Part shown: piece after piece, positions 26,027-35,575 of the stretch
Layout of the letters: each line of letters begins with the position of its first letter
Position numbering within the stretch: position 1 is the stretch's first letter
The notes under the pieces: generated by a model
Told to the model about the DNA's origin: nothing
Seen by the model: the letters and a program-made list of their open reading frames with translations, nothing else
Databases searched by the model: none
Virus record (IMG/VR): IMGVR_UViG_3300033067_000350
Location: 1-59,916 of that record
From: a virus
Taxonomy: Duplodnaviria; Caudoviricetes
Reading direction: 5' to 3' (one strand)
DNA: 59,916 bases
Translations under genes and position numbers: made by a program

Positions 26027-26532
26027 GGTTGCTCCTGTTCCAAATTGCGGTGCCAATTCTTTGCCGACCTGCCCAAACTTATTGCCCTAGCAATATTGGG
26101 CGGTCTGTAATTTAGCCCCTTGTTCTTCATTCTGGGGTCTGCCTTAGACCTCACTGATTTGGACATATTACTGGCGTGGACTTCTTCATCAACATACTCG
26201 CTGGGTATGCCGTATGTAACGTCAGTACCAGTTACTACATATCTCAAATCAGCAGTACCGTCAGCAAGAGCAATCTCATCTCTAACAGCTAGGGCATGAA
26301 TAACCTCACTCAACTCTTCAACCATCAGGTGGGTTCTGTAAAGCCGTTCATCACCATGATGCTGCGAGTTTAATCCAGGTTGTTTGCATTTTTCAGCAAT
26401 TTCTGCTAGGTGCTTACAAATGTCCAATAGAATGCTGGTGTCGTCAAGCACTCTATTGGACCTTAAATCCATATTGCATGGGAACCCATGCTTCTTATGG
26501 AATGATTCCACATCAGTATTCATCGTCCGCAT
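26023..26532 (-). CDS. MazG-like all-alpha NTP pyrophosphohydrolase
   Basis: V..FH, EELSE, ADG.ADLRYV, EVH.SNMSK, K...Y.PP. Confidence 0.85.
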   Translation of the reverse strand: MRTMNTDVESFHKKHGFPCNMDLRSNRVLDDTSILLDICKHLAEIAEKCKQPGLNSQHHGDERLYRTHLMVEELSEVIHALAVRDEIALADGTADLRYVVTGTDVTYGIPSEYVDEEVHASNMSKSVRSKADPRMKNKGLNYRPPNIARAISLGRSAKNWHRNLEQEQP

Positions 26533-29413
26533 TTGCCACTCCAGTTGCTGGAATCTTGCCCATCTTCATGTCTTTCAACAAAGTGATGAATTCTGGTGTT
26601 TTAACGTACCACCTCTTCACTCTGTACAACGCGTGTTTTCTCACCAACATAGATAGCAAACCTCTGGCTATCTCTCCATCCACTTCACACCAATCCTGAA
26701 GGTCAATCAATGTGACTTCATCGGCGTGTAACAGATGGTCCACCAAATCCTTTGGGTGTTTGGTGGCCAGCAAATTCCTTCTTACCACAGCACCGTCGAT
26801 GATGGAGTCGGCAAACTTCTGAGCTGCACTGAAATCCTTATATCCAAACACGCTAGACCCGTACATCCTTTTCAACCAGTTATAGATGAAATTGACGTGG
26901 TCTATGGTGACTTTGAGAATCTGCCTGTTGCCTTCTTCAGTGCTAAACAATCTAGCTGCCAATGCGCAAGATAGTCTGGCTATCTTGAAACGCATAGTAC
27001 CTCTGTCAACTAGGGGCAATGCCTCACTAAACTCAGAGCACAAAGATGCGGCATGATCTATGCAAGCAATCTCGGCATCCCTATCAATTCTGACTTGATC
27101 TGCTGTTCTGGTCCAAGCCCACAAAATCAGCTTACGACACAAATCTGATGTGTACAGGTGTGGGTGTTGGGGCTTATTTTTGGCCAACTTTGAAATTTGA
27201 GAGGGGTCAATCTCATTAGCACTCATAACCAATGCTACATCAAATCGTCTAACATCTTCAAGACTGCCCATCAATTCTAGCACGGTCTCAATGCCAAAAT
27301 TATACGCTGACACTGGTCTATCGCTACGTGGGTTGCTGATCATCAACAATCGTGTGCGAGCATGGGCCATTCTCTTCTCAATCTTGGGTATCTGGGCAAA
27401 CCCTGATGATCTCATATCAGTCAGCTTGCCCAGCACCTCAATTGGCGTGCCTTTGATCTCTTCGCACACAACCAATCGTCTATCATGAGTGGGAATAGCT
27501 CCCCAACTAACCCACCATCTATTACCAGCACTCTGCTGTAGACCGCCCAACAATCCTGCTGTGGTGGCATTCTTGCAATCCACCCTCTCGCCCAGCCCGT
27601 AGTGCCTCATAAGCATCTGAGTTGCTTCTGACTTGCCCTGAGACGAGTCTCCAACTATCAAAGAATTGACCCAGCCATTTCTGTGCTGCCCATCAAATAC
27701 CATGTATAGTGGCGAATGGTAGGTCAAATCAATTAACAAATGGAGATCAGGCCTAAAGTAGATGTGGGTGACATTGGCTTCAAAGTCATCATAGATAGAC
27801 TTGAGTTGCTCTTCAGCACTGCCTTTGAAGATATCAAGCGGTTCCAATTCTGAGTCTTGTGGAGTGTAGGCAAGCAGGCTGTCTTTAGCTTCCGACACCT
27901 CATCTAACAGCAAGCAAGCCTGCTGGTTTCTGGGGTGTGGGAATACTCTGCCTGAGAATGTATATGGAGTATTCAACTCAACCTTATGACCAACCACCAT
28001 AGCAGGCAGAGTCACGTGATCGCTGTTATCGCCGCCAATTTGCAACTGTGGGGTCAGTTTTACATCGATGACGTCGTGGTGGTCCACTACCTGACAAACT
28101 GCTGTTCTGCACGGCGGCATTCTCAAAGACTGAAAGATGGCTTGTCTTTGAGCAGCTGCCGGAGCATTCACCACAGACAAAATGCCAAACGCAGTGCCTT
28201 TCACTGTCAGTGTAACCATACCCGTAGTGGGATCAGGATCAATGGGCCTAACTGGACACCAATGGCAGTGCTGTTGATCTTTGGCGCAATTTACCTTCAC
28301 AGTACGTGGGGCAAGATATGGGGCTTCATCCATAGATTGGACTACAGCCTCAACAATGATCTTCTTACCAACATTCTCAGCCTTTGCTGCTTGTGAGAGT
28401 TTCACCTCAACAGCTATAGGCTCAATGATGTCGTCTTCCAACAAATCTGAGACATACTTAGTACCTGACTGAATCAGTTTGGCCCAGTCATCATCAGTCC
28501 TGCCTTGGGCCTCCCAATCATTTATGTCGCCCTTTGGATGGGCATTAATATCCAATGGCAATTGGATGATTTCAACTGATTCAGCATCGTAACAGATTTG
28601 GGCAGCAACTTTTCTAGCTGCTGTCTTGCCTCCCAAATCAATATCCATGCAAATCAGAACCTTCTTGCCCTTCAACAGTTTGTTGAAGTCCCTATCCCAA
28701 GCACCTTCGCCAGCAGTGACTGCTACAGCACCTACTCCAAATTTGTTGAGTCTATGCTTAGCAACTAGGGCTTTGCATTCCCCACCACAAATCATCACTG
28801 TGGGGAATTCAGTCTGCTCAACTTGGAACAGCCTAATCTGGCTGTATCCCTTCAAATTGCGCATCTTCTCAGGGCCTGGTGCCCCGGGTTTGTACAAACG
28901 GACGTTTACAACATTCCTATCCTTGTCATAGACGGGGATAGTAATGCGTCCATCATTATACCCTATTCTTGCCTCTCTAAGCATGTCATCAGTGATGGCA
29001 CGCTTTCTGAGGGCTGCAAGTAATGGACCAGCACTCCAAACCTTCTCATGCCATCTCTCAATCAATTCCTGATTGACAGCTTTGACTTGAGTCAGTTCAT
29101 ACCTGTTGGACAATTCTTCTACAACCGATGCCCTATCAACATGTTTGCCTTCCTTCTTAGCAATGATATGCTGGATGAGCGATATGATATCACCCTTGGC
29201 ACCACATGTTGCAGCTTGGCATTTCCAAACATTGCGTTCAGTGTTCAATTGCAATGAGGGCGTCTTGTCCTCATGCACTGGACACTTACAATTCACTTCA
29301 TTATCGTTTTGAGGTTCAAATGGCCAATTCAATCTCTCCAATTCTGTGAGAGCATGAATATTTTCAATTGGTAGTTTGGTACTCAACTTGTCGCTCCAGG
29401 GATGGAAAACCAT
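26513..29413 (-). CDS. Primase-helicase fusion: CHC2 Zn finger + TOPRIM + MCM-like AAA+
   Basis: CPVHED.TPS..C...C; GECK..D.D..G..KGDIND; C/C/C/C Zn site; GDSSQGKS, GL.GG, EE, SNP, RRFD. Confidence 0.85.
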   Translation of the reverse strand: MVFHPWSDKLSTKLPIENIHALTELERLNWPFEPQNDNEVNCKCPVHEDKTPSLQLNTERNVWKCQAATCGAKGDIISLIQHIIAKKEGKHVDRASVVEELSNRYELTQVKAVNQELIERWHEKVWSAGPLLAALRKRAITDDMLREARIGYNDGRITIPVYDKDRNVVNVRLYKPGAPGPEKMRNLKGYSQIRLFQVEQTEFPTVMICGGECKALVAKHRLNKFGVGAVAVTAGEGAWDRDFNKLLKGKKVLICMDIDLGGKTAARKVAAQICYDAESVEIIQLPLDINAHPKGDINDWEAQGRTDDDWAKLIQSGTKYVSDLLEDDIIEPIAVEVKLSQAAKAENVGKKIIVEAVVQSMDEAPYLAPRTVKVNCAKDQQHCHWCPVRPIDPDPTTGMVTLTVKGTAFGILSVVNAPAAAQRQAIFQSLRMPPCRTAVCQVVDHHDVIDVKLTPQLQIGGDNSDHVTLPAMVVGHKVELNTPYTFSGRVFPHPRNQQACLLLDEVSEAKDSLLAYTPQDSELEPLDIFKGSAEEQLKSIYDDFEANVTHIYFRPDLHLLIDLTYHSPLYMVFDGQHRNGWVNSLIVGDSSQGKSEATQMLMRHYGLGERVDCKNATTAGLLGGLQQSAGNRWWVSWGAIPTHDRRLVVCEEIKGTPIEVLGKLTDMRSSGFAQIPKIEKRMAHARTRLLMISNPRSDRPVSAYNFGIETVLELMGSLEDVRRFDVALVMSANEIDPSQISKLAKNKPQHPHLYTSDLCRKLILWAWTRTADQVRIDRDAEIACIDHAASLCSEFSEALPLVDRGTMRFKIARLSCALAARLFSTEEGNRQILKVTIDHVNFIYNWLKRMYGSSVFGYKDFSAAQKFADSIIDGAVVRRNLLATKHPKDLVDHLLHADEVTLIDLQDWCEVDGEIARGLLSMLVRKHALYRVKRWYVKTPEFITLLKDMKMGKIPATGVANADDEY

Positions 29414-29419
29414 TCATGC

Positions 29420-29538
29420 AGTTTCCCACATGAATGGTTGGGGGTGGTAATCCCAGTCGCCCAGCCGTGTATGAGAGGGGCAATTAGCCCGACAGTTTCA
29501 CCTTACCTGGGCCCCACTGCTACCTACGTGGAAGCAAC
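29420..29538 (-). promoter_or_regulatory. Structured intergenic leader upstream of the primase-helicase
   Basis: TTCCACGT/ATGTGGGA, TGGGG/CCCCA, CCCAG/CTGGG, GTCG/CGAC and GGGC/GCCC nested stems. Confidence 0.4.
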
Positions 29539-30423
29539 TTATCCAACATCGCCATCGACATCGGTTGACTCAACACCCTGATTGTTGCCCTCATTAGAGT
29601 GGACAACTCTCATCTTGCCTTCCTTGAAGAGTCTGGAAAGCTCAGCGTATCTGGACTGGAACAACTCCGCATCCTTCTCATCGATGACGGGATTATCAGC
29701 AGCCTGGAAGTCCAGACCATACCAGTTACCCAAGTCCCCCTTCCTGATGGTGGGCTGGAAGGCCCAAACCTGAGCCCAGAGTGGCACCTTCACACGCTCC
29801 TCAACCAGCTCTTCTGGGTTGTTTGGATTTGGAGTGCGGATAGTATGGCGACGCATGCTGATAGAGTTAATCAGCTGACGGCCATTATAGAATTCACCAC
29901 GCTCCATGCCCAGAACAACTTCAGTGCCGGCCAACGGATGGTCACCATAGATGACGCAAGTCCAGCAAAGGTGCTCAACATAGCTGTAATACTTCCTCTC
30001 ACGATCAGGCTTACCAGCATCCCCCGGATAGACCTCAGTGCGAGTGTCAGCCGTCTTGCTCTTCAAAGCAATTGGATGGGTCTCATCATAGACTGGGCCC
30101 TCAACAATCAATTGATCCTTGTCCTTATTGTCGGCCCACTTCATCCACTCTCTGTGGAAGAACAGTGGGACCAGCAAGAATGGGGCATCACCTTCCTGCC
30201 AAACCAGAGCATCACCAGGTCGGACAATGACGCTGCCCTCACCAAACTTCTTCTTCAGATCAGCATCAGTCTGCCCCTGAATGATCTTCAGGCGAGGCAG
30301 CATCACCAAAGACTTCATCGATTCCAAGCTGTCGTCTTGCTTGCCGGCATACTTGGAGAGGAATCCTGGGTTGGTTCCAGTGACCTTGGTAATACCCTTG
30401 TTGTCGATTCTGTCAGTTCCCAT
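29539..30423 (-). CDS. Probable single-stranded DNA-binding protein
   Basis: LPRLKIIQ N-terminal motif, G.WY, acidic C-terminus; sits next to the primase-helicase. Confidence 0.6.
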   Translation of the reverse strand: MGTDRIDNKGITKVTGTNPGFLSKYAGKQDDSLESMKSLVMLPRLKIIQGQTDADLKKKFGEGSVIVRPGDALVWQEGDAPFLLVPLFFHREWMKWADNKDKDQLIVEGPVYDETHPIALKSKTADTRTEVYPGDAGKPDRERKYYSYVEHLCWTCVIYGDHPLAGTEVVLGMERGEFYNGRQLINSISMRRHTIRTPNPNNPEELVEERVKVPLWAQVWAFQPTIRKGDLGNWYGLDFQAADNPVIDEKDAELFQSRYAELSRLFKEGKMRVVHSNEGNNQGVESTDVDGDVG

Positions 30424-30425
30424 TA

Positions 30426-31004
30426 TTACACCTCTGAATCTTCTTCAATCTTTTTGCGGGTTCTTGTAAACGTACACGTGTATACATCCCATGTCTGACC
30501 AATACCTGGAGGCAGTTTCTTACCATCCTCAATCAACTGAGTCAAACGCTCTGACGTTTGCTCCCAGTCAGGTTTAACCAGACCCTTATCAATGACCTCC
30601 TTTGGAATGCCCAGTGACTCCATATACGCAATGTAGTCCGGGGACCCATATTCTGGAATCTTGCCAATCTTCTTAATTCTGAATGCTGATGCCCTGGCGT
30701 AGTTGCCCTTGATTGAATCAAACGGCTCGCTCATAGCTGCAGCAGCATACTTCAGCACCAATACCTTGCTGATCAACTCTTTTCTGACTTTGCTGTTCTT
30801 GCGCATCTCATCAGACAATTCCTCTTGCTCTCGGCACAAGAATCCCAAGTCAGCCAAATCCACATTTGAGTAGGCATTATTTGCCTTGATACGCTCGTCC
30901 ATCAAACTGAGGTGCTCATACAGTTTATGATGCAAGTCCTTCAGTTGATCAGTCAATTTGAGCAACTCTGTAGTATCGATGGCTGGTTTGCCTAGATCAC
31001 CCAA
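30426..31004 (-). CDS. Hypothetical replication-region protein
   Basis: Helical N-terminus; G..LPPGI near the C-terminus. Confidence 0.65.
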   Translation of the reverse strand: MGDLGKPAIDTTELLKLTDQLKDLHHKLYEHLSLMDERIKANNAYSNVDLADLGFLCREQEELSDEMRKNSKVRKELISKVLVLKYAAAAMSEPFDSIKGNYARASAFRIKKIGKIPEYGSPDYIAYMESLGIPKEVIDKGLVKPDWEQTSERLTQLIEDGKKLPPGIGQTWDVYTCTFTRTRKKIEEDSEV

Positions 31005-31485
31005 GATTCACCTCCGGCACATCTCCTGCTGCACATAGGCCCAAGACAACGACAGATGCCATCCTATGAGTTTTGAACGCTATGGACTCATCAAGATCGT
31101 CCGTCCATCCATTGGGTCCATTCGATAAGTACATATCGCGGCATCTGACATACCACCCGTTACCCGCACCCTCCACGATAGTCTCATCCGTTGTGTATGG
31201 TCTCTTCTCCAGTGAGGTATGTGAAATGGTACATTTGGCGACCATCTCCCGCAATCGTTCAATCTCGGCGTACATGTCCGGTGCCGACGCGATCAGTGCG
31301 GCATTGGCCTCCGCAGCATTGGACGTGTCAGTATGGGCGCAACCCATTTTGATGTGCCGGGGAGTGTCTTCTTCGATACAGTTCGGGATGTTGAACGGCC
31401 ACAGGATTTGGTGTCCGGTCTTGACCTGCACAAGTGATACGCCTTCCCATTTCCACGGACCCGGCGTGTGTTTCATGTCACTCAC
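30997..31485 (-). CDS. Hypothetical protein (HTPGPW...NA.LIA.AP motif family)
   Basis: Common phage motif; GGAGG RBS. Confidence 0.65.
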   Translation of the reverse strand: MSDMKHTPGPWKWEGVSLVQVKTGHQILWPFNIPNCIEEDTPRHIKMGCAHTDTSNAAEANAALIASAPDMYAEIERLREMVAKCTISHTSLEKRPYTTDETIVEGAGNGWYVRCRDMYLSNGPNGWTDDLDESIAFKTHRMASVVVLGLCAAGDVPEVNLG

Positions 31486-31813
31486 ATCCCACCTCCTGCT
31501 GCCCGAAATCAAACACTCTGACTACATATTCAGATGACCCGGCATGAAACATCAACAACTTGAAAGTTTCATACTCTGATGCCAGCACTCCAATGAGTAC
31601 TGGAACAGCCAAATTTGATCCAGTCAAGCATACATAGTCCTTGTTTGGATCAAATCCAATCTCTTTGAGCCTATGCTTGAGCAGCCCTATCAGCCCGTCT
31701 ATATTGAACGGATTGATCTTGTTCCTAGACAAATACACCAGCTCCCCATATGTCTCAGCCTTACTGAGATCAAATTTAGGTGCTGGCTCTGCTAAAATCA
31801 CTCTTTGCAACAT
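31478..31813 (-). CDS. Hypothetical protein
   Basis: DLS.AE.YGEL..FDP..DY..LTG motif. Confidence 0.65.
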   Translation of the reverse strand: MLQRVILAEPAPKFDLSKAETYGELVYLSRNKINPFNIDGLIGLLKHRLKEIGFDPNKDYVCLTGSNLAVPVLIGVLASEYETFKLLMFHAGSSEYVVRVFDFGQQEVGCE

Positions 31814-31822
31814 GTCTATTCC

Positions 31823-33901
31823 CTATTGAATACCAAGGACACTACGCAGAATGTCTTTGATGTCCTGAATTGCGGCAGCGTCTTGCTGCTTCTTTGTTAC
31901 TTCCTTGCGAATATCCTCATCCACAGTGTCTGGTACAACCAGATCTGTGATACGCACATTGGTTCTGGTACCCTTACGATGAGCTCTGTCTTCTGCCTGG
32001 CTTCTGAGAACAGACGACCAATTCTGACTGTAGAAGATTTCATGATCGCAGTAAGTATCAAACCTATCTGGGTTTGCTGGATCATACCCCAGCAAGTTTA
32101 GCCCTGCTCCAGCAGTTTGGGCGTTAGCTACAAACACCTTAACAGCTGGGTTTGTATTGAATTGCTCCACAGCCTTGAATCTATCCGATTCTGAGACATC
32201 ACCATGATATACAACAGATGGGATGCCTTCCTCATCTAGTCTTGCCTTGATGACAGCAATATCATGACGGAATGTAGCCCAAACAATTGTCTTGCCTCTT
32301 GGGTCCCTGCCTTCAGCCTTGAGCAAATCTATCGTTGCATCCAGTTTTGGATTCTTGCCGTTGATGCTCTGAACGGTGTACGGCCTGACTACTGCTCCAT
32401 CAGCATCAGTTTCTTCTTCAAAGACAATGTGACCAGAAGTGATTTGGGCAAGCCTCAACAACTTAGTGAGGACGTGATCGGCTCTGACCGACCTATTCTC
32501 TGAAGACAACAAGTCCCTAATCTCAATAGCCAGTTGGTCTTTCAGAGTGTTGTAGATTCTGGTTTGCTCATCAGTCATCTCAACTTCAACAATGTCATAC
32601 ACCTTATCAGGGAGAGACAACCCTGCTCTCTCTTTGGTGATGCGATAGGTGCATCGTGACAATCTCTCTTGAATGAGAGGAATGTGCTTGATGCCTACCA
32701 ACTTCTCAATTGCGCTACCCACACCCAGATTATCAAGGTGTACATACTTGCCATGGAAAGCTGTGAAATTCTTGTAGAACAAGAATCCAGACATGCCACG
32801 GTCCAGCAATTCCAATTGGGCCCAAAGATCCATGACTGAGTTGGCGATTGGAGTGCCAGTCAGAATAGTAGTCTGACGCACTTTGCCATCCCTCTTCAAT
32901 GTTCTCAATGCCTGCCATCTATTTGTGCGATGATTCTTGACTCCATGAGACTCATCAATGATCAGCAAGTCCCAAGGTGACCTGATTAGCGAATCAAGTG
33001 TGGGCTCAACTGAGTCTTGACCGATGATACATGCACCCCAAGCATACTGGGGTTCATCAGACGTACCATCAAGCTGCCTGCGCACCCTAGTCTCCCAGTC
33101 GCCATCCATGATAGCAACCTTACCAGGTACAACAGCAAACTTAGCAAATTCATTCTGCCAATTATGCCGCACGGCATTGGGGCAAACGATGAGCACCCTG
33201 TACAGGGTTTGTGGCCAACCCTCAATCTTGCCTGCTCGCTTGCGGGCAGATTCTAGACAGACTCTAGCAATGCAGGTGCTGGTTTTGCACGTGCCTTGCT
33301 CCATGAACAGCCCGAATCCCTTTTGGAACAAACTATTAACTAGAGGCACCTTTTGATGGGTTAGAAGCGGGAATTCAGGGTGATCAATGAAATCCTCCGG
33401 CAGCTCAGGCACTACGCCCTCAAGATCAAACCTTGCTGCTCTGACAGCATTAATGTGCTGAGACTGGAATCTAGCCAACAACCCCATGAACAACAGCTTA
33501 GCTGTGTCTGATGTGAAGATCACTTTCTCCATCGGCCAACAAGCATAGATAGCCAACACACTGAAGTCTGTTGCTGCTATGCGCCAGATGTTAGTGTTCT
33601 CTTTTTGCTTGCGTTCAGGCACCATAGCCAGCCACTTAACAGCTGCATTGGTGCTTGGGCCTCTGCGGGACACAAGCATCTTCTTGTCATTATGGGTGAC
33701 AAGATCATTTTCAGAGAATCCCACAGGCATCACACCTGTGTACTCCCTCATGTTCTTGGCTTCAACTATGAATCTGTCCCCATCTTCATCAATGCCTACA
33801 GTCAGATAGTCTGTAGCAAAGATTGCTGGAGGCTGAAAGTGCTCTGAGGTTGCCTTACAAAGCGGGTCAATAATTGATTTGACTGCTTGTGGATTGATCA
33901 T
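31823..33901 (-). CDS. SNF2-family helicase
   Basis: MEQGTCKT, IIDESH, LTGTPI.N, GAGLNL, QAEDRAHRKG. Confidence 0.92.
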   Translation of the reverse strand: MINPQAVKSIIDPLCKATSEHFQPPAIFATDYLTVGIDEDGDRFIVEAKNMREYTGVMPVGFSENDLVTHNDKKMLVSRRGPSTNAAVKWLAMVPERKQKENTNIWRIAATDFSVLAIYACWPMEKVIFTSDTAKLLFMGLLARFQSQHINAVRAARFDLEGVVPELPEDFIDHPEFPLLTHQKVPLVNSLFQKGFGLFMEQGTCKTSTCIARVCLESARKRAGKIEGWPQTLYRVLIVCPNAVRHNWQNEFAKFAVVPGKVAIMDGDWETRVRRQLDGTSDEPQYAWGACIIGQDSVEPTLDSLIRSPWDLLIIDESHGVKNHRTNRWQALRTLKRDGKVRQTTILTGTPIANSVMDLWAQLELLDRGMSGFLFYKNFTAFHGKYVHLDNLGVGSAIEKLVGIKHIPLIQERLSRCTYRITKERAGLSLPDKVYDIVEVEMTDEQTRIYNTLKDQLAIEIRDLLSSENRSVRADHVLTKLLRLAQITSGHIVFEEETDADGAVVRPYTVQSINGKNPKLDATIDLLKAEGRDPRGKTIVWATFRHDIAVIKARLDEEGIPSVVYHGDVSESDRFKAVEQFNTNPAVKVFVANAQTAGAGLNLLGYDPANPDRFDTYCDHEIFYSQNWSSVLRSQAEDRAHRKGTRTNVRITDLVVPDTVDEDIRKEVTKKQQDAAAIQDIKDILRSVLGIQ

Positions 33902-33933
33902 GTGGTTCCTTCTGTTACTATCTAGACAGCTAT

Positions 33934-33962
33934 AGTATATCGGATATCTTTGCTCAAGTAAA
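33934..33962 (-). promoter_or_regulatory. Sigma70-type promoter for the replication operon
   Basis: TTTACT-17 nt-TATACT. Confidence 0.6.
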
Positions 33963-34065
33963 GTGCTTTTTTAGTATTTTCCAACCTTACAGTGACAAAT
34001 TGGTCTGTATGTGAGTACCACCATTTATTGCCCAACATGACCCGCCTGACAGCAAACTTGTTGGG

Positions 34066-34267
34066 TGTGAGGTAGAGTTGTGCACAAATCGTAGTTTAGT
34101 AATCCTCTGCATACTCACCCCATTTGACAGAAAATAATGCATATTGCATGTAAACCCATGTAAAAGGTAAAACCAGTTGGTGTATGCATATGCAGATCCA
34201 GTTAGGTTGTGCATTTAGGGGTGGTAAAGGCTAGGCTATAGAAGTAAGATTTGTGCACAACTTAACC
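34066..34267. repeat. ~200-bp element bounded by inverted TTGTGCACAA-core repeats (copy 2, inverted relative to copy 1)
   Basis: Both ends match those of 292-502 exactly, in reverse complement. Confidence 0.85.
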
Positions 34268-34564
34268 CTAAACCTCTGGTAATGGGACTGTCCCTCTCAG
34301 ACTATGTGCTGTACAATCACCCAAGAATTCAATATTGCCGTCACGAACAAATGAGTGGCAAACTTGAGTCTTCACATCGCCCCTAGGCACCCAAGTGAGC
34401 ATGGAAGGATGAAATGTGGGGCTATTGACGTTCCCATTAAACTCCCATTTGGGTCTGTTAGGTCTGTCAACAGTATTGAATACGTGGTGATGACCACACC
34501 CAGGGCACATAACAGCAAACCCGTACACTCCCTGCTCATCAAAACACGGTATGGCTTTAGGCAT
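34268..34564 (-). CDS. DUF6527-like Zn-binding protein
   Basis: CPGC...H, W.FNG...PTF.PS, CHSFVRDG.I.FLGDC. Confidence 0.75.
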   Translation of the reverse strand: MPKAIPCFDEQGVYGFAVMCPGCGHHHVFNTVDRPNRPKWEFNGNVNSPTFHPSMLTWVPRGDVKTQVCHSFVRDGNIEFLGDCTAHSLRGTVPLPEV

Positions 34565-35568
34565 CAGTTATGCTCCACTTCACATTGACCAAACTTGATA
34601 GTCTTTGTGGCTGCAGTCAACGTAGTGACCGTCAACCACGGATACAAATCAGTGCTGGACGATGGCAGACCGCTGGTGATGGTCTGAACCTTAACCAGAG
34701 TGTCCCAATCAGAACCAATCCAAATCTCAAGAGTAGTGCTGGACGTTGCCTTCATTACAATCAAATACCCAGTATCGGCAGCAATATCAGCAAGTTTACT
34801 GCTGGTCACACCACTACCATTGTAAATGTAGCTGCGCCAGCCAGTATCGCTGGATCCAGTGGAGTATCTTAGCAACACACTATTCACTGCTGGTGTGTTA
34901 GAACCGCTTGGATCAGAGGCAGCCAATCCGCACATAATGCGAAGTGATGCGATGCTGGACCCAGTCTTGATCTTGAAAGCTACAATTGGCTTCCACCTTA
35001 ATTGCACACTGGATCCAGTAGCCCCAGTTGTAAAGATGCTGTTACCTGCCGCATTACCGTTGACAGCAGTAGTGGTCCAAGACTGTAACGGACCTTCTGC
35101 TTCATCAGCAGTATTACCAATGGTACCAGCTGGAGTGGCCCCGGCAGCACCAGTTACTGTTCTTGTGGCCGCCCCTCTGTCAGCATGGCTGCGGTATCTT
35201 CTAGCACCCATTCTGCAAAGTCCAGGCAATTGGTTATCAACGTATTCCCATGCCGCGGCAACGTATCTAAGATGCAGCTGTTCATCTTCCAGCCAGACAA
35301 CCATGCCCTCTTGCGGTACAATGAATGTCCACTGACTGTTATACCAAATAGCCAGTTCACCATCGTGACCACTCCAAGCACCAGTAGCACTTGCCCCAAC
35401 TATGTACACATCCCCTAATGCAGCTGATGGCGGAGTTGACAAAGTCCTGGTGGTGACTCTACAACCCATCAGAGCATCTACAATGTTTAGTGCTGCATTA
35501 TACAGTGCCTCACCATTAGACTGGTTAGCAGCTAAATACGTGAGGCCCAATCTTGGCGTAGTCGTCAT
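34564..35568 (-). CDS. Tail fibre / receptor-binding protein with DUF2793-type N-terminus
   Basis: TPRLGL.YL...Q..YNAAL..D, PP..GD.YIV..ATGAW.GH, W.F..P.EG. Confidence 0.8.
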   Translation of the reverse strand: MTTTPRLGLTYLAANQSNGEALYNAALNIVDALMGCRVTTRTLSTPPSAALGDVYIVGASATGAWSGHDGELAIWYNSQWTFIVPQEGMVVWLEDEQLHLRYVAAAWEYVDNQLPGLCRMGARRYRSHADRGAATRTVTGAAGATPAGTIGNTADEAEGPLQSWTTTAVNGNAAGNSIFTTGATGSSVQLRWKPIVAFKIKTGSSIASLRIMCGLAASDPSGSNTPAVNSVLLRYSTGSSDTGWRSYIYNGSGVTSSKLADIAADTGYLIVMKATSSTTLEIWIGSDWDTLVKVQTITSGLPSSSTDLYPWLTVTTLTAATKTIKFGQCEVEHN

Positions 35569-35575
35569 ATCAACC

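Noticed and set aside
6674-29413. Inteins or introns in nrdJ, polA, the synthase homologue or the primase-helicase
   Set aside because: ORFs are uninterrupted; the insertions are short and lack C/S...HN splice motifs and homing endonuclease signatures.
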